Positions 12,101 to 25,759 of a stretch of 64,000 bases of DNA are shown in pieces. Both the position numbers and the translations under genes were made by a program. This DNA comes from Podarcis liolepis (taxonomy: Eukaryota): NCBI GenBank assembly GCA_965112155.1, contig OZ218101.1; one strand, given 5' to 3'. The notes below the pieces were generated by a model. That model worked only from the letters and a program-made list of their open reading frames with translations. It was not told the origin of the DNA and did not search any database. The stretch's first letter is position 1. The number at the start of each line of letters is the position of its first letter.

Positions 12101-12836
12101 AAGAAAAACCCATTGTCTTAGGCCCACTCACAAAGGAAGTCTATGTATGGATACAGATCCTGCCTATAATATGGGAGTGTAACTGCTGCCACAGGCTTCA
12201 TGTATGGAAAGTGGCCCTGACTTAGACCAGTTCTGTGTCTAAAAACACTGCAATAAATTACCCTTGCTCCACTCTGGCAAGTGACCGAGCAGCTAACAAG
12301 AAAATAAATCCATAAATACAGGCCCCTCCTTTACAGATGCTTGCCTTGTTATGTGCATGTTTTACCAAGACAGGTATTTTCTTTGCTTCTTGCTCTAGCA
12401 GAAACAGAAAAACTGTACTGCTAGGGGTGGGAATGATGTGTCACTGAAAAATCCTGTTCTGACATTGGTCCTTCCCACATGCACAATGCACTTGCAAGCA
12501 TGAATCACAAACCCAGAGAACAGATGCACAGCCAACATCTGAGAAACTTTCTGAGCACATGCGCTCTTCATAAGAACCACTTCGAATTTCTCCAAGCTTG
12601 TGCAACACAACAGGATAAAAGAACAACTTGCCGCTTAGCTGGGATGCAAATCATAAAAAAAAAATCAAACTATTGTCAAAAAGCGGACGCAAAAAGCAAC
12701 CAGTGTGGCACAGATCAATCAGCTTTGGAAATGGAGCCCTGTGTATCTAAATCTTGGGAAACTGTACCATATTAAGTATCTCTCATTTTTTGCTGCAATT
12801 TGTTACTATTGATCCATTTTTTTTAAGATGTGTTTA

Positions 12837-12966
12837 NNNNNNNNNNNNNNNNNNNNNNNNNNNNNNNNNNNNNNNNNNNNNNNNNNNNNNNNNNNNNNNN
12901 NNNNNNNNNNNNNNNNNNNNNNNNNNNNNNNNNNNNNNNNNNNNNNNNNNNNNNNNNNNNNNNNNN
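12837..12966. other. Assembly gap (130 N)
   Basis: Run of N in HUNK intron 5. Confidence 0.99.
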
Positions 12967-13593
12967 AATCACATGAAAGAGGGTTGACATCATGCCAGGA
13001 AAAACAAGAGAGAGGATATCAAGGAAGATCAAAACATATCATCACATATGTTACAAATTTCTATACCATAAACTCAGTTAAGAATATATCTATCAATTAT
13101 TCCAAAACAACACAACACTTAAGGGCAAGCAGAATACATTAAAGAAACAGAAATTGTAAACACCAAAATTGGTCATCTGAAAGGAGGCTAAAGAACTATA
13201 AATCATTTTCATAAGAAGGCTTGCTGAAAAAACAAAGTCTTAATTTGGCACCAGAAGCTCATTACAGATGATGCCAACTTGATTTCAGTAGGCAGAGAGG
13301 TCAGTAATTCCAGAGCCAATTTATGGTCTCTGCAGGGGCAACACCAGTACCAAAGGGTCAGTTTCTCTCTTCATTAAAATTTACTCCAATTTCTTTTAAT
13401 GATCTTCGTTTCTTTTCTTCTAACTCATTCTTGTGTGCTTGACCTGTTCTATCTTCTTTATAAAAGCGTCTTTCCCCTATTTTTTTCTACTGCTATTTTA
13501 TATTTTTAACTACTAACTCTTTTCTGATGTTTACTCTTCTTAACCTGAGTATCTTGCTTTTGTTCCTTTTCTCAGCTTCATTCCTTCTCTTTC

Positions 13594-13752
13594 TAGAATC
13601 ATAGAATTCTAGAACTGGAAGGTACCCAAAGAGTGATCTAGTCCTACCCCCGGAAATATAGGAATCATGCCCACAGCTGTCCTTGAGTGGGCTCGAACCA
13701 CCAACCTTCTGGTTAACAGCCCAACACACTGGCCCACTGCACCACTGGAGGC
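13594..13752 (-). mobile_element. SINE with tRNA-Asn(GTT)-derived head and CR1 3' tail
   Basis: On the minus strand, 13678-13752 reads ...GGCTGTTAACCAGAAGGTTGGTGGTTCGAGCCCACTCAAGGAC (anticodon and T arms of tRNA-Asn). It is fused to a CR1 terminus ending in ATTCTATG-like repeats. Confidence 0.8.
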
Positions 13753-14621
13753 ATCCATTTTTAACTCTGCTGTCAGTTTGGTGTTTTCCTGCTTTCCTTT
13801 TGTTTCATCACTTCACTGGGTTCCATTTCCTTGTTAGATCCAGTGTGAGATACCAAGTTTTGTTCTTCATACAATCACATAATGTGAAGTAACCTTAAAG
13901 CTCATCTAATCTAAGCCCTGTGCAACACAGGGAATTTACTGCTATGGCATCCTTGATAAGAGGTCATTCATTCTCAGCTTTATCATACCTAATGTGAAGA
14001 TGGTGGTCCCAATAAGCAGAAGAGCTCAGCAAGTGACTTATACCCTTGCACAACGTTTCTGTCCCATCAGATACCCCTGCTGGCAGCTTGCATCAGTGTA
14101 GAAAAGTGCACAGTAGGACCTATCCATAAAATTAGCAGCTCTGCACATTATGGCTGGTGCATGGAACAGCTGCCAAACAGAGGGTATTTCAAAAAGGCAC
14201 CCTGAGAGCATTCAGCCAACAAAAGCCAACACACATGAGTCCAATATACAGCTCCCATTGATCCACCAGTGGGTTAGAGATAGTGGTGAAGTCTTCACTG
14301 GGGATAGACATGCTAGTTGTTATTCTTTATTAAACTTATTAATTGCCTTACAAACTGTCTCAATGTGGCATGGAATAAAAAATAGGATGCATCAGTACAA
14401 AAATCACATAAAATGTAAGGTTTAACACAAAATAAGAGCAGCCTGTACCAGTGATCACACCAATAAATGATAATACAGTAAACAACACAGCTACCCCCTC
14501 TCTCCTAGCAACATGGCATGATCACAGGACCCAGGAAACACGAAAGCTTGCATATTGCCTCCTGCACTTACATGTGTTAAGGTGATGATCAACAAGAAGT
14601 ATAGGAAATTCTCATGTATAT

Positions 14622-14754
14622 CACGAGCTAATGTGGTGGCCTCCAGATATTGTGGACTACGCCCTCTCATCATTCCTGACCATTGGCCATTCCAGCTGGG
14701 GCTGAAGACAGCTGTAGTTCAAAACATCTGAGACCACCACTTTGGCTAGCTCTG
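14622..14754. mobile_element. ~130-bp palindromic hAT-like MITE
   Basis: CCAGATATTGTGGACTAC...GTAGTTCAAAACATCTG inverted arms; further copies at about 57462-57584 and 58348-58485. Confidence 0.65.
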
Positions 14755-14924
14755 ATCTAATGCAATTGTTCACAGGAGGATCTAGCATAATTGCTGTCTG
14801 GGCTGCCTGTCTATAAGAAATGAGTTAGCAATGTCGCTCAGCAGCCAAAGCATCATTTTAATTTAGCTTCCATGTTTACCAAGTTTGCTATAAGATGAAT
14901 AACATATCTGTAGTGTTAAAAACT

Positions 14925-15186
14925 CAGTGGTAGCTGGTGCTCATTAGGACTGGTAGGGCAGCCAACAGTAGATAGAGCCAATGACAGGCGGAGCTGAGTA
15001 ATTCTAGTTTTGTCCCACCATTCTCCTCCCTGCTGAATTCTACAAGGGCAACAATAAGACTAGAGGAGAGACCTTACCCTGGGACTTGCTGTTAAGTAAG
15101 AAGACAAGCAGGTGGGGGGTTGGCCGAGGGCAGCCTGGGGTTGGTGCGGCAGCACCTTATTTGGTCTAATGGACAAGCCTCCACTG
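14925..15186. mobile_element. Non-autonomous DNA transposon with CAGTGG termini (hAT-like)
   Basis: Left CAGTGGTAGCTGGTGCTCATTAG versus reverse complement of right CAGTGGAGGCTTGTCCATTAG; TSD degenerate. Confidence 0.6.
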
Positions 15187-15959
15187 TAAACTGCTATAAA
15201 TGCTAGCACCTAATTCTTCATGAAGTTGGCTTAATGGACCATGCATTTGCCTACCATCAATATACCATTTTTCACAGTTGATCCCTGGGATACAAGCAAC
15301 TATGCTGTACCGATAAATCTGAGGCGTATGCATTTTCAATAAATTCTGCACCCAATGCAATTTGAAATGGGGAGGAGGGAAGGCTTCAGAATAAAATGGG
15401 TACACAGTTAAAAATTCAGTGCTCTGTATGAACAATCCTTTTGGAGGTAATTCCACTAACCCTCAAGTTTTTTTGCAGATGGAACACATCTGAAGCTCAG
15501 CAGTCATAAAAAGAGAAACCATGAATTAGTCTGAGGTTTCTGCCAAGTTCCACAATTCTGGAATCCAGCCCATCTAAAATCACTAACAGAATAACAATAT
15601 TTCCTGAAAGGCTTTGTGGAAAGTCGTCTTCAAGAAGGAGGGCTGAATAGCCTACAGAAAATGTTGCTATTTATTTGACATATTACTTGGGGCTGGGGGA
15701 GGGGAGATGCATAATGGTCAGCGACTTCTGGGCTTATATATAGCCTGATAAGCTACCATAGACTGGTAAAAGCCCTGGGCTCAATTTCTGACATCTCCAA
15801 GTAGGGCTGGGAAAGACCCCTGTCTGAAACCATGGTGATCCGCTGGGAGTTTCCTACATGCTCAAGCCTCAGAACCCTATCTGAACCCAGGAGGGAACAT
15901 CAACCCCTGTGATCAGGTGGCAATCTGAAGCCTCAGATTGGCCAGGTTCAATATAAATA

Positions 15960-16250
15960 CAGTGGTGCCCCGCAAGACAAATGCCTCGCAAGACGAAAAA
16001 CCTGCTAGACGAAAGGGTTTTCCGTTTTTCTATGCGCTTCGCAAGGCGAATTTCCCTATGGGCTTGCTTCGCAAAACGAAAAAGTCGTGCGAGTCTTGCG
16101 ATTTTTTCCCCTCCCCCCTTTTTCTAAGCTGCTAAGCCTTTATAGCCGCTAAACCGCAAAGCCGCCGATAGGGTTGCTTCGCAAGATGAAAAAACCGCTA
16201 GACGAAGAGACTCGCGGAACGGATTAATTTCGTCTTGCGAGGCACCACTG
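15960..16250. mobile_element. Tc1/mariner (pogo/Tigger-like) MITE, 291 bp, TA TSD
   Basis: TA|CAGTGGTGCCCCGCAAGAC...GTCTTGCGAGGCACCACTG|TA; internal CGCAAGACG-like repeats. CpGs retained, so probably young. Confidence 0.92.
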
Positions 16251-16663
16251 TACCAGGCACTTGGCCTCTCTTTGGCACTCCAGATTCAGAACCAGTATGC
16301 CATGGGTCAGTGGGGTAATGGGGGTGGGGTGGGGGGCTACTGCCTCCCTATCTTTTGCTTATGGGCTTCATGGAAGCACCCTGTTGGTCAAAGTGGGAAA
16401 CACAACATTGAACTAGATGGATCTCTGGACTGATCCAGCAGGGTTATTGCTTGCTGCATTTAAGGTCCCAGATTCAAGCTCAGATCAATGGTTCTGAACT
16501 GGAGGTGCTCCTTCCACATTTGAATTTCGGGTACAACTGCCAATGACTCCAGCTTGGTTGTGGCACACAAAAACAGCAAATGGGTGTATGGCATTTCAAG
16601 CCTAGACACCACATTAGTGGCTCCTCTCTTTTTTGTCTGGTTCTTTGTCTATGGGGAGCCCCA

Positions 16664-16993
16664 GGCAGACCAACTCTGTGTTACAAATATGTCTGCAAAC
16701 ATGACATGAAGGCTGGCAACATAAACCTTGTCATGTGGGTTGCAGACAACTGCAGTGCCTGGAGACAGTCAGTTTGTGTATCCTCAGCAGTGACCAGAGG
16801 AGAAATGACCTTTGGGAGGAGCACAGAGAGAAGAAACGCCATGGTGCATCTGCAGGAGACAAACCGGACCCCTTCACCTGTCTCTCCTGTATCGGTCTCT
16901 ACAGCCACAGCAGGCGCTGTAACCTTCCAACAGTTTGACTTCATCCTCCAAGGCACACTCCTCCATTGTCTCCCGAGACAAACAGATATCAAC
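16664..16993 (+). mobile_element. RTE-clade LINE 3' fragment
   Basis: Frameshifted RTE C-terminus: GRPTLCYKYVCKHDMKAGNIN...SAWRQ, then SSDQRRNDLWEEHREKKRH...CIGLYSHSRRC; 3' end CCATTGTCTCCCGAGAC. Confidence 0.8.
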
Positions 16994-18318
16994 ATGGATG
17001 GACGGGTATGTGAACATGTGAAAGGGAGTAAGTGTGCAAATGAACACCAATCCTTTGGTGAAGCCTACCAGCTAATTTAAACTTTGCAATGTGCCATCAT
17101 CCACTGAGAAACAGTCAAATAAATAAATAAATAAATAAATATAAAGCCTTTCACTCTGTTTCTAAAACTTGTCTAATGCAGCAATTTGTGAAGCATTGCA
17201 AAGAATTTCTACCGTTACAAGCACAAAGAAATAACAAGAAATGTCATATTAAATCAGTGTCTGAAGAGTCACCAAACGTGCAATAACTGAATGTGACTTT
17301 AATCAACGTTTGATGTATAAAGTTATGCAACACGGCGTAAAGGCTAGCAACCTTAGGTCTGCTCTGTTAAGTAATATTGCCAATACTGCTGCAATAGCGA
17401 ACAGGTAGAAGTAAGAGCATAACAGTGAAGGAAGTTTAATTTCTGCAATAATACTGAACATAAACTCGTAGAAAGAGCCTACTGCCAACATGCCACGCTT
17501 AATTATTTTCTCCTTTTTTAGTGTAAATCTTCTGATACCACTCCTGACACCAGTAACAGTAATAAAATACCCCACCTAACAGAACCAAAGAAAGTAACAA
17601 AAAACAGCAGTAACTCCCACCCCAAATGTTCTGTTGAAGCAAAAGTGAAACTTTCCATTTACTCCATTGGGACATGAAAACTACTCATGCATGCAAATAT
17701 TTGAAGAACTGGATTGGTCAAATTACCAGTTTCAATAGCTCTGACAGAGAAACAAAGCAAGCAAAGTTATGTTTGTTCTAACCCACTTGCAGCTAAAGTA
17801 CAAAATTGGTCATTAAGGAACAGAGCTTCATAACCATTATGACACTAATTTATAGCTTGACACACCAAACACACTTCAAACAAATCCTATGGGTAATTTT
17901 CACTATCATCTTGTACTGAAACCAAGCTTGGAATGTAAAAAAGGAACCCTTTTATTTAGGCTTTTATTTATTACTCCTAATGCATTGGAATAATACGATT
18001 TATTACTTCCACAGTGAATTGGGTTAAGTGAATTTCAAATCATTCTGACTGCAAACTCGCCCAGGAGGGAATCTCAGGAAGATCAATAGAATTTACTCTT
18101 GGGAAGAATGTAGCCCTTCCATCTTCTGATTAAACCAACACAGGGAGACAGAAAGTACGAATCAGGTGTGAAATAACAGACCAAATAGGTTGATTCAGCA
18201 AAGTTCTGCCCAAACACTCTGCCCACCAGAAACAAAAGTTGTGATGTACAGTACAACATTAATTATGAGGGCTGTATGGACTTAAATGGAGTAGCACTTA
18301 AGTAACTGCATTATTTAC

Positions 18319-18446
18319 CTGTGGAGAGCTGAGTAGGGAAAGGATTCATTTCTTTGTCTACCATTTTCTGGTACAGTGCTCTCAGACTGAATGGTTCCAC
18401 AGTAAACGGCAGTGTCCCAGTCAACATTGCATACATATTCACACCA
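18319..18446 (-). CDS. HUNK: HUNK coding exon 5 (128 nt)
   Basis: ttttacag|T GGT GTG AAT ATG = GVNMYAMLTGTLPFTVEPFSLRALYQKMVDKEMNPFPTQLST; donor G|gtaaat. Confidence 0.97.
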
Positions 18447-18559
18447 CTGTAAAAGAAGAGTGGTGGGGGAAACTGTTAAGAGAAACCATTCCCTTAGAAA
18501 CAAGACAAGGCATGCAAGAATGCATTAAGTTTACTAGCCTATGGTTTATCACACTTATG

Positions 18560-18757
18560 GAACATACATGAACATATGATGTTACTATTGGTCCATCTAA
18601 CCCACCACAGTTTATTCCAATTGACAGCAGGTCTCAAATGTTCTTTAAAGGCAATGGTCTTTTCCAGCTTTGGTATCCAAGATCCTTTTCATAGGAGAAG
18701 CAGGGATCCAAACTGGGACTTTCTGCACCCAAAGCACTTGCTCTATCACTGAGCTCT
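18560..18757 (-). mobile_element. tRNA-derived SINE with CR1-like tail (degenerate)
   Basis: Minus-strand head AGCTCAGTGATAGAGC...GTCCCAGTTTGGATCCC (A/B-box-like) and tail TAGATGGACCAAT...ATGTTC. Confidence 0.6.
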
Positions 18758-20049
18758 TCCCATAGAAGCCATAACACAATGTTCTCTAGAAGTGCAGCAA
18801 CAGTCCACTGGATCTTGTGTCTCAGTCATGTTTAGAGTAGACCCACTAAAAAACCAATGGAACTTTAGTGTGGTTAAGTCTGAATCCAACCCAGTAGCAT
18901 TTAGCCTCCCTTCAGAGTATCTGCATAACCAGTTTCTTGAGAGATAAAACCATTCATAGCATGAAGGATCACATTACTTAAGAATTAATTCTGATTTGAA
19001 AAGTTCAGTTTTAAGGGCTGATTCGGTTATATGGAAATAAGATTTGCTTATGTGCAAAAGGACCATACATAGGACTGATTCACACTATGCTGCTTCCATG
19101 CACCAAGCAAGTGCAAAACCCAAAGGACTAAGCAAGTGCATTATAAGGTATATACAGCATTCCCTGTAGACGAACAAGCTATGAGTCAACTGTCTCTCTC
19201 CTTAAATTAAATGGTGCAGGATGTTATTGCCTGAGAAGGTTAAAGGGCAAGAAAAAAGAACGATGGCATTCTCTGTTTGAATCATGTCACAGTAAGAGCT
19301 ACTTCGTTCAGCAGCTCCAGCTTGCTGTGGATGGGTGACCCTATGTAGGAGCAACCAATTAAGGAGCAGTATGACAGTTTCGATTTGGATTTTCTCGAAG
19401 CACAGACACTGTAAATTGGGTTTCAAAATATAAAGCTCTCTGAACTAGCTGCTTGCAAACAAAGGACAAAGCAAAACAAAAAATCCCAAAGAAGGAAACT
19501 CGTATCTGTTCTTAGCTGCACCAAGATCAATGGAATTAATTCAAATTTCCAGACAGGGAAGTCTGAACATTTCTTGAAACACATTCATCTTTGTTTGCTT
19601 GTAGTACCCTGGAGTATTAAGATTTCCACTGCAGTCACTGAAAAGTTCCTATCAGTTCCTATAAAAGCAAATTATTTGACAAGTTTCTTCAGCCAAACAT
19701 GTCTCCTTGTTTTCTGACAACAACATTCTGGGTAACTTCTGTCCCTGCTTCACAAACAGCTGTAGACCACAGTTTGTAAATCCCAATGGCCAAGGTCAAC
19801 TAAACACACTAGGCAGCAATTACTTTGGAGAATGAACTATATCATTTTACGTTTGGAAATTCCTGGCAAATTGAAATCCTGACATTGTAAATGCTAACAT
19901 TTACACTCATCAGCACTGTAAACTGTTTTTCCAAAGTTACATATTTTAATTTACTAGCAGCTCCAATTAGAACTTATATAAAAGTCAAGCAAGAGAAGTC
20001 AACCCCCACCCTCTGCATGCATGTAGCTTTTTCAATTATAGTAACTCAC

Positions 20050-20185
20050 ATGGACCAAACATCTATTTTGGGACCGTATTTTTTTCTTGCAAGCAGCTCT
20101 GGTGCTGCGTAGGCTGGACTACCGCACTGCGTGCTGAATGGATCAGTGTATCCCAAGATACTTGCACAGTTGCTCAAGCCAAAGT
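20050..20185 (-). CDS. HUNK: HUNK coding exon 4 (136 nt): DFG, activation loop, APE
   Basis: cacag|AC TTT GGC = (D)[44 protein letters not shown](I); donor AT|gtgagt. Confidence 0.98.
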
Positions 20186-22334
20186 CTGTGAAAAAGAAAA
20201 TAAATAAAGCTTTCAACATTGTACAGGAGAAACGACAACCTCGCAATATTTGTACTTTGCTGCAATCATTTACCCAGTTAAAGGCTTCCTTTTTAGTTAA
20301 GAGCTTTTTATTTGAGTCTAGGGGAAATTTAAATATAAATTTAGTCAGGAAACTGGAATAACACTTATGAAAAAAAGATGACAGTATGAGCTCAAGTGTC
20401 TTAAGTAAATGTATATAAAATAGCTTTCTCCTTGCCTGGCAGAACTATTTGAGAGGCTGGAATCATAAGAGTGCAACCCTGCTCTCCTTGCATCTTTGCA
20501 ACAGTGTGTGTGGTTGCATGCGACAGAACTGAGTATAGCCCTAAGTATAACATCATGAAGATTTGATCAGATGCATGGTAAGGACTTGAAACCTATTTCT
20601 TAGGATCAAGGATGAAGTGACAGACATATAGAGGATTTACACGCCAAAATAGTATTTCCATCATTGGAGTCCTGGGGTTCTTAAGGACATCAGGAGGGCT
20701 AAGGGAACTTGAAACCTGTACTTCAGATTGAGAGCACACTGTGAGGTTACACAATATCATGAAACCATCTTTTTTGTCATTGGGGCTCCCAAGGTTCTGG
20801 GTCAGAGGGAGAGACCCATTCGGGACAATATATGATTGTGCAGAGGGGTCACAATGCACTCCCAAACCATGTTTAAGGCAGCGCCCCAATATAGTATTTT
20901 CAGCGAGAATCCTAAAGCAATCCTAAAGGGGGGCAGGGCTTACAGTGAAAAGGGGGCAAAGCACGTGCCACTTTTCAGTTTGATGGGTGGTAGTTCTATG
21001 TATGCATATGTGTGTATATCTCCCTTAAAGGTTTTATACGCCTTAAACATTCAGAAACAGTCTCACACAGAGCTTTGTGTAGTTCACAATATCTTGTTCG
21101 CTTTTTACTTCTGGTCCCATTTTAGGCAACAATGTTCATCACCTCAGAGGTGATGAAGCCTCTCTGATGAAATCATCATCATCTGGCTTCTACTGTGCAC
21201 CCAGACTCACTGCTGCTAGAAAATGTGTAGGCATAGAATTAAATACATAAACAGATGTTCTGCTAAGGGGAATATTTTCCTATCAATGCCCACAACTAGC
21301 ATTAATGGGAGCTATAAACAGATAGTAGAATAAGATGAGTAATCTATGGTGTCTGCAAAATGTAGATGAACAGTGCTCTGAATGAAGTTGATAGGCAGTT
21401 GAAGAATCAATGGGCCATTGACAAATTAGATATAAATATAAAAGGCTTCTCAACCAGTTTCACATTCTACTTCTGCAGATGAGTAAGCCAATCATATGGA
21501 GTGGCTGGGGTTTTGCCTGATGCTGCGAGACTAAGGCTGTGTTCACACAACAGTGTATTTCATTTCCACAATGTTACCTAATTGTTAATTGCTGCATTAT
21601 ACCTGAACATTCACATGACATAAAAGCCACTTCCAGAAATGTAACACAATATAGCACAAGTTTAGTACTCATCTATGTGTTAATTGACTTCCAGAAAAAA
21701 ATCCATTTGCAAATAAAACAGAAAGGCAAAACTTTCTTGGAACTGAAGCTCTCAAATCCACACATTAAAAAGCAATGGTATGGTGGTAGAAGGATGTTCA
21801 CACTCCAACTATATTTGCAATGATATGCCATTATGCATGCTCAAATTTTAGATTCCCTGTTCTTAAAAACAGGAACAGAGCCCAGATGCTGCATTTGTCT
21901 GTGGCAAAAGTAGTGATTAGGGGCCGAGAATACACATTATTAGGACTACATGTGCATGCAAGTACATGAAAACAAGCATCAACCATTTCAACTGATTAAT
22001 TTTCAGGGACTGTTAATTATATTTAAAATGGCATTTTCCCATATTGCTTTAACCTCTCCATTGTTTTGTAAAAACAATGTTGATACCCCTTGTGAAAATG
22101 GCTTTTATTACCACAGTTTTATGAGGAAGTATAGCTTACTGAAGCCACCAACTGGTAAAAACTTGCTGGTGGAATCTGTCTCCCGAGTGAGAGATAGGAG
22201 GGGAGTATGTACACCCTAGGTGACAGATAGAGGTGGTTTGATGGACGTTTTTTCTGTTTCTTGTCATAGGGTAAAATGACATTCCTAACATATATCCATT
22301 GTGATTGATTTGTACTTTGTAATTTTGCCCATAT

Positions 22335-22530
22335 GGAATAATGGTTGGAGTGTTGGACTATGATCTGGGAACTGAGATTCAAATTCCCAATCAGCCATGA
22401 AGTTCACTGGGTGACCTTGAACCAGTCAACACCTCTTAGCCTAACCTACCTCAAAGGCTGTGGTAAGGATGAAATGGGCAGGAGAACCAGTATACCACCT
22501 TGAGCTCCTTGGAAGAAAAGGTGGCATATA
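22335..22530 (+). mobile_element. MIR/Ther1-derived CORE SINE (Squam3-like)
   Basis: A-box-like ATGGTTGGAGTGTTGG, B-box-like GATTCAAATTCC, core GGGTGACCTTGAACCAGTCA...CCTAACCTACCTCA, L2-like tail TGAGCTCCTTGGAAGAAAAGGTGG. Confidence 0.75.
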
Positions 22531-22902
22531 ATTCTAATCGTGTGTGTGTGTGTGTGTGTATTATTGTATTTTTGTTGAATATTGCTTTTAGGTATTGTTT
22601 TCATTTGTTAACGCTTTGTTACTGAACTCGGGGGAGGGGGTTGAAAAGGAGCATACAGGTGTGAAATTAAATGAAATCAAATCAATTTAAAGTGTCTTAC
22701 TTGCAAGTAACACATTTGGGGCTGTGTGCTACTTACCAGTGCTCATTGAAAAAAATTATATATGCATAGAAGACCACAGGATTGCAACTTTTTTTGCCAC
22801 ATTCCTCTAAAAAGCACTGCTATATACTGCCACACAGAATGTTTTGGGACATTTATTATAACAAAAATACCAGTCAACAAAATTGCAATAAGAGTTTCAT
22901 AC

Positions 22903-22958
22903 CAATAAGCTTGATATTGTTGTCGTCATCAAGCAAGAGATTTTCTATCTTCAAATCT
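22903..22958 (-). CDS. HUNK: HUNK coding exon 3 (56 nt): catalytic loop
   Basis: tttcag|A GAT TTG AAG ATA GAA AAT... = (R)DLKIENLLLDDDNNIKLI; donor G|gtatg. Phases fit exons 2 and 4. Not in the ORF track. Confidence 0.97.
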
Positions 22959-25759
22959 CTGAAACAGACAAACATGTTTAATAAGAATGCAGGCCTTCAA
23001 GCTTTTGATATTTTCAAAGTTTCAGTAACCACTGTCATTTTCCACTTGCATCAGATTAGGATCTTAATGTTATGCTATAGAGATGATCGAGTTGTAGTCC
23101 AATGTAGTTACCATGCGGGTACACTTGGTCTAATATATGTGTTGGGGCACAACCCATCAAACAGTTCTATTCCACAAAACTGACTGAAATTAATGAGAGT
23201 TGCACCGGAATATTGTGGCTGAGAAGTCTAGTGGTATTTTCCAGCATTGTGGTATGTGTCATGAAATCATATTAGACAGTCTCCATTTGAAAAAACATGA
23301 GCAGCTTTTGTACAGAAAAAGAGAGTTTTAAAGGCTATGTATATTTGATTTATGCTATCAAATGATATTTACTGGGTCTAGTCTTCTGCATGGAAAAGAA
23401 ATACAGGCACAATAAGGCTGAAAAACATATATCACCATAACGTAAGTGGAAGAAGGAAAATGGTTCACTGACTTCAAAGCATAGTTTGGGATATTTGTGG
23501 CCTTGTGCAGTTAAACTGCATTCCTAAGGCAAACCTATGAAAGAAAAGCCAACTTTGCATTTCAAAAGGAAGCAAATCTCAGTGCTGCAGAATTCTGACA
23601 TAAATATTGCACTAGCCATCACACTGTACTTAAAATTAGTTGGCTGAATGCTTCTAGAGATCAAGCAATGGGTGCCAAGAAACAAAATCTAAGATGCCTG
23701 GAATAACTGTACTTGAGGGGTGCTATCAGAGACTTTCAAATGTTTTTGTCACTGTTTGCATTTTATTTCCATAGCCTCTGCAATGTTCAAAATGCTTTAC
23801 AATCACTATCTCTGTCATCCTCGTAACAACCTACCTGAGGGCCTATTAATGTTACCTCTTGGAACAGAACAAGTTGCCAAAAATGCCTAAGCATTTGACA
23901 ATCCTGCTAACACTTTGTGTTACATAGAAAGGAGCAAGGCCAAACTGAATGTTGTAGAGGTTTAATGCATCAACTTTAAAAAATGCATATAGCAACAGCT
24001 GGGGGGGGGAGGGGAGGGGAGAGGAGATACTATCAAGATTGCACCAGGCATGGATGAGGAAATTTAACATTTTCCTCCCCTGGTGATATCCAAAGGAAAG
24101 TATCTCTTCTGAAGTTGCTATGTGCATTGGAAGGAAAGCCCTCATTGGGGGCAACTTCAGAAGAGACATTTGCACGTTACCTTATGAGTACCTGCAAATA
24201 GGCTTCATCAGCTGTAAACAGCCACTCATTGAGATTCAGAACTTCAAAAAGTCTCACACTTTTTGAAGTGAGAGTCAGGATGGTTTAAATACCTCAGCAA
24301 TGCTTCAGAGGTGATTAGAAAGTTCTTTATTGACTATGGGCAACCATGTGAATTGGAAGTCATAACAAACAAACAAAAGAACATTATTGTTGTACTGTAT
24401 AAGGAAAGACATCTTTGACATTATCCACCAAGGTCTAACCAAATGCCATGAGTGACCCAAGCAGACAGTATAGTGACATGGTGAATAACAAAATAGATGT
24501 ATTTGGAAAGAATTAGGAATGTCCTATGACTAGTTGTTGCCTACATTCTCAACTGGTATGTCCTCCAAGTCTTCCATGACATGGCCCAATGCAGGAAACT
24601 TGGGCTATTATCAGACAGAAGAGGCTGTCTGGCAGCACCTATGATGAGGAATGATATATGAAAAGGTAATTCTTAGTCCCTTTTACAGATAGGAAATGAA
24701 GACGGAGCGATAGTGGCTTGTCCAAGGTGATACCATGGAGGTACAGCATTCAAACTTTGGTCTCTTACATCCATATGCTATTATAGCTCACAAAATACAG
24801 AAATGTGTGTATTTTAACATCTCCCAAAGCATTGCTTAATAACCAAATTCAAAGTGATATGCATCTAGCTCCACATTGAAAGAAATAGTGGAAAAAACAG
24901 ATACACAGGAAGCTGTCTTTGCCACTGGTACATTATTAAATTCCTTTCTCTGACATTCTGACAGTAATTGCACTGAATAGGATTGAATTTGGTTAAAATT
25001 ACTTTAAAAGGGTTGTTGAGAATTTCCTGTGGGATGCTATTGCAAGCACCAAAGCCTTAACTTCATTGTCTTTGTTGTTCTTACTCCCTTAGGAAGCTTA
25101 ATGCTCATCCTGTTTTTGACAGCATGAAGGCCTCTGTAAATATCTTCTAAAAAGAAAAGGCTTCCCATATATTGCCATTTGGGATTGTTTTCTTGCTGTC
25201 AGACAAAGAGACAATGACTGCTATCTAATTCTGATTTGAGATTGATGCTTCTATGGCTTCAACAATGAACAAACCACAGGCCAAAGTTTACAGACCTTCT
25301 CAAAATGACCCCACAGAGACAGGCATCAGAAATGACTGCTTGGCAAGAGCTTTTGGCTGTAAAAAGGATGTACAGTATTCTTAAAACGGGGTTCTCAATT
25401 TGGCATTACAAACTTCATTAGGTCAAGGGAAAATCAGCCAAGCTTCATCAAGCATTGCTAGGACAAGACAAACACAGACCGACAGTCATAGAATCATCTT
25501 TTACAATATAATCTGGCAACAAGCAATCCAAAAGAGCATGAAGAAGGCTACAGTACCCATCTTACATGCCTTAAAGTCTAATTAATGATGGAAGACCCTA
25601 GGGAAGCCAATAGCTTCCAAGCAAAATGACTGGGCATGGTGACTGTGTTAAAAGGAGCAGCCCTGGGCTCCTTTGGAAGGAATGGCAGGGTAGAAATAAA
25701 TAAGAGGAGCTCCTCTGGGATGCCTAGTGCTTTGGCACTTTGAGCACCAAAACAGATTC

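Noticed and set aside
12754-13142. ORFs containing X runs
   Set aside because: Artefacts of the 130-N gap.
13678-13752. Functional tRNA-Asn gene
   Set aside because: The D arm and acceptor stem are mutated and the sequence is fused to a CR1 tail, so it is a SINE head.
16580-17080. 166-aa ORF as a nested antisense gene
   Set aside because: Mostly a frameshifted RTE LINE C-terminus.
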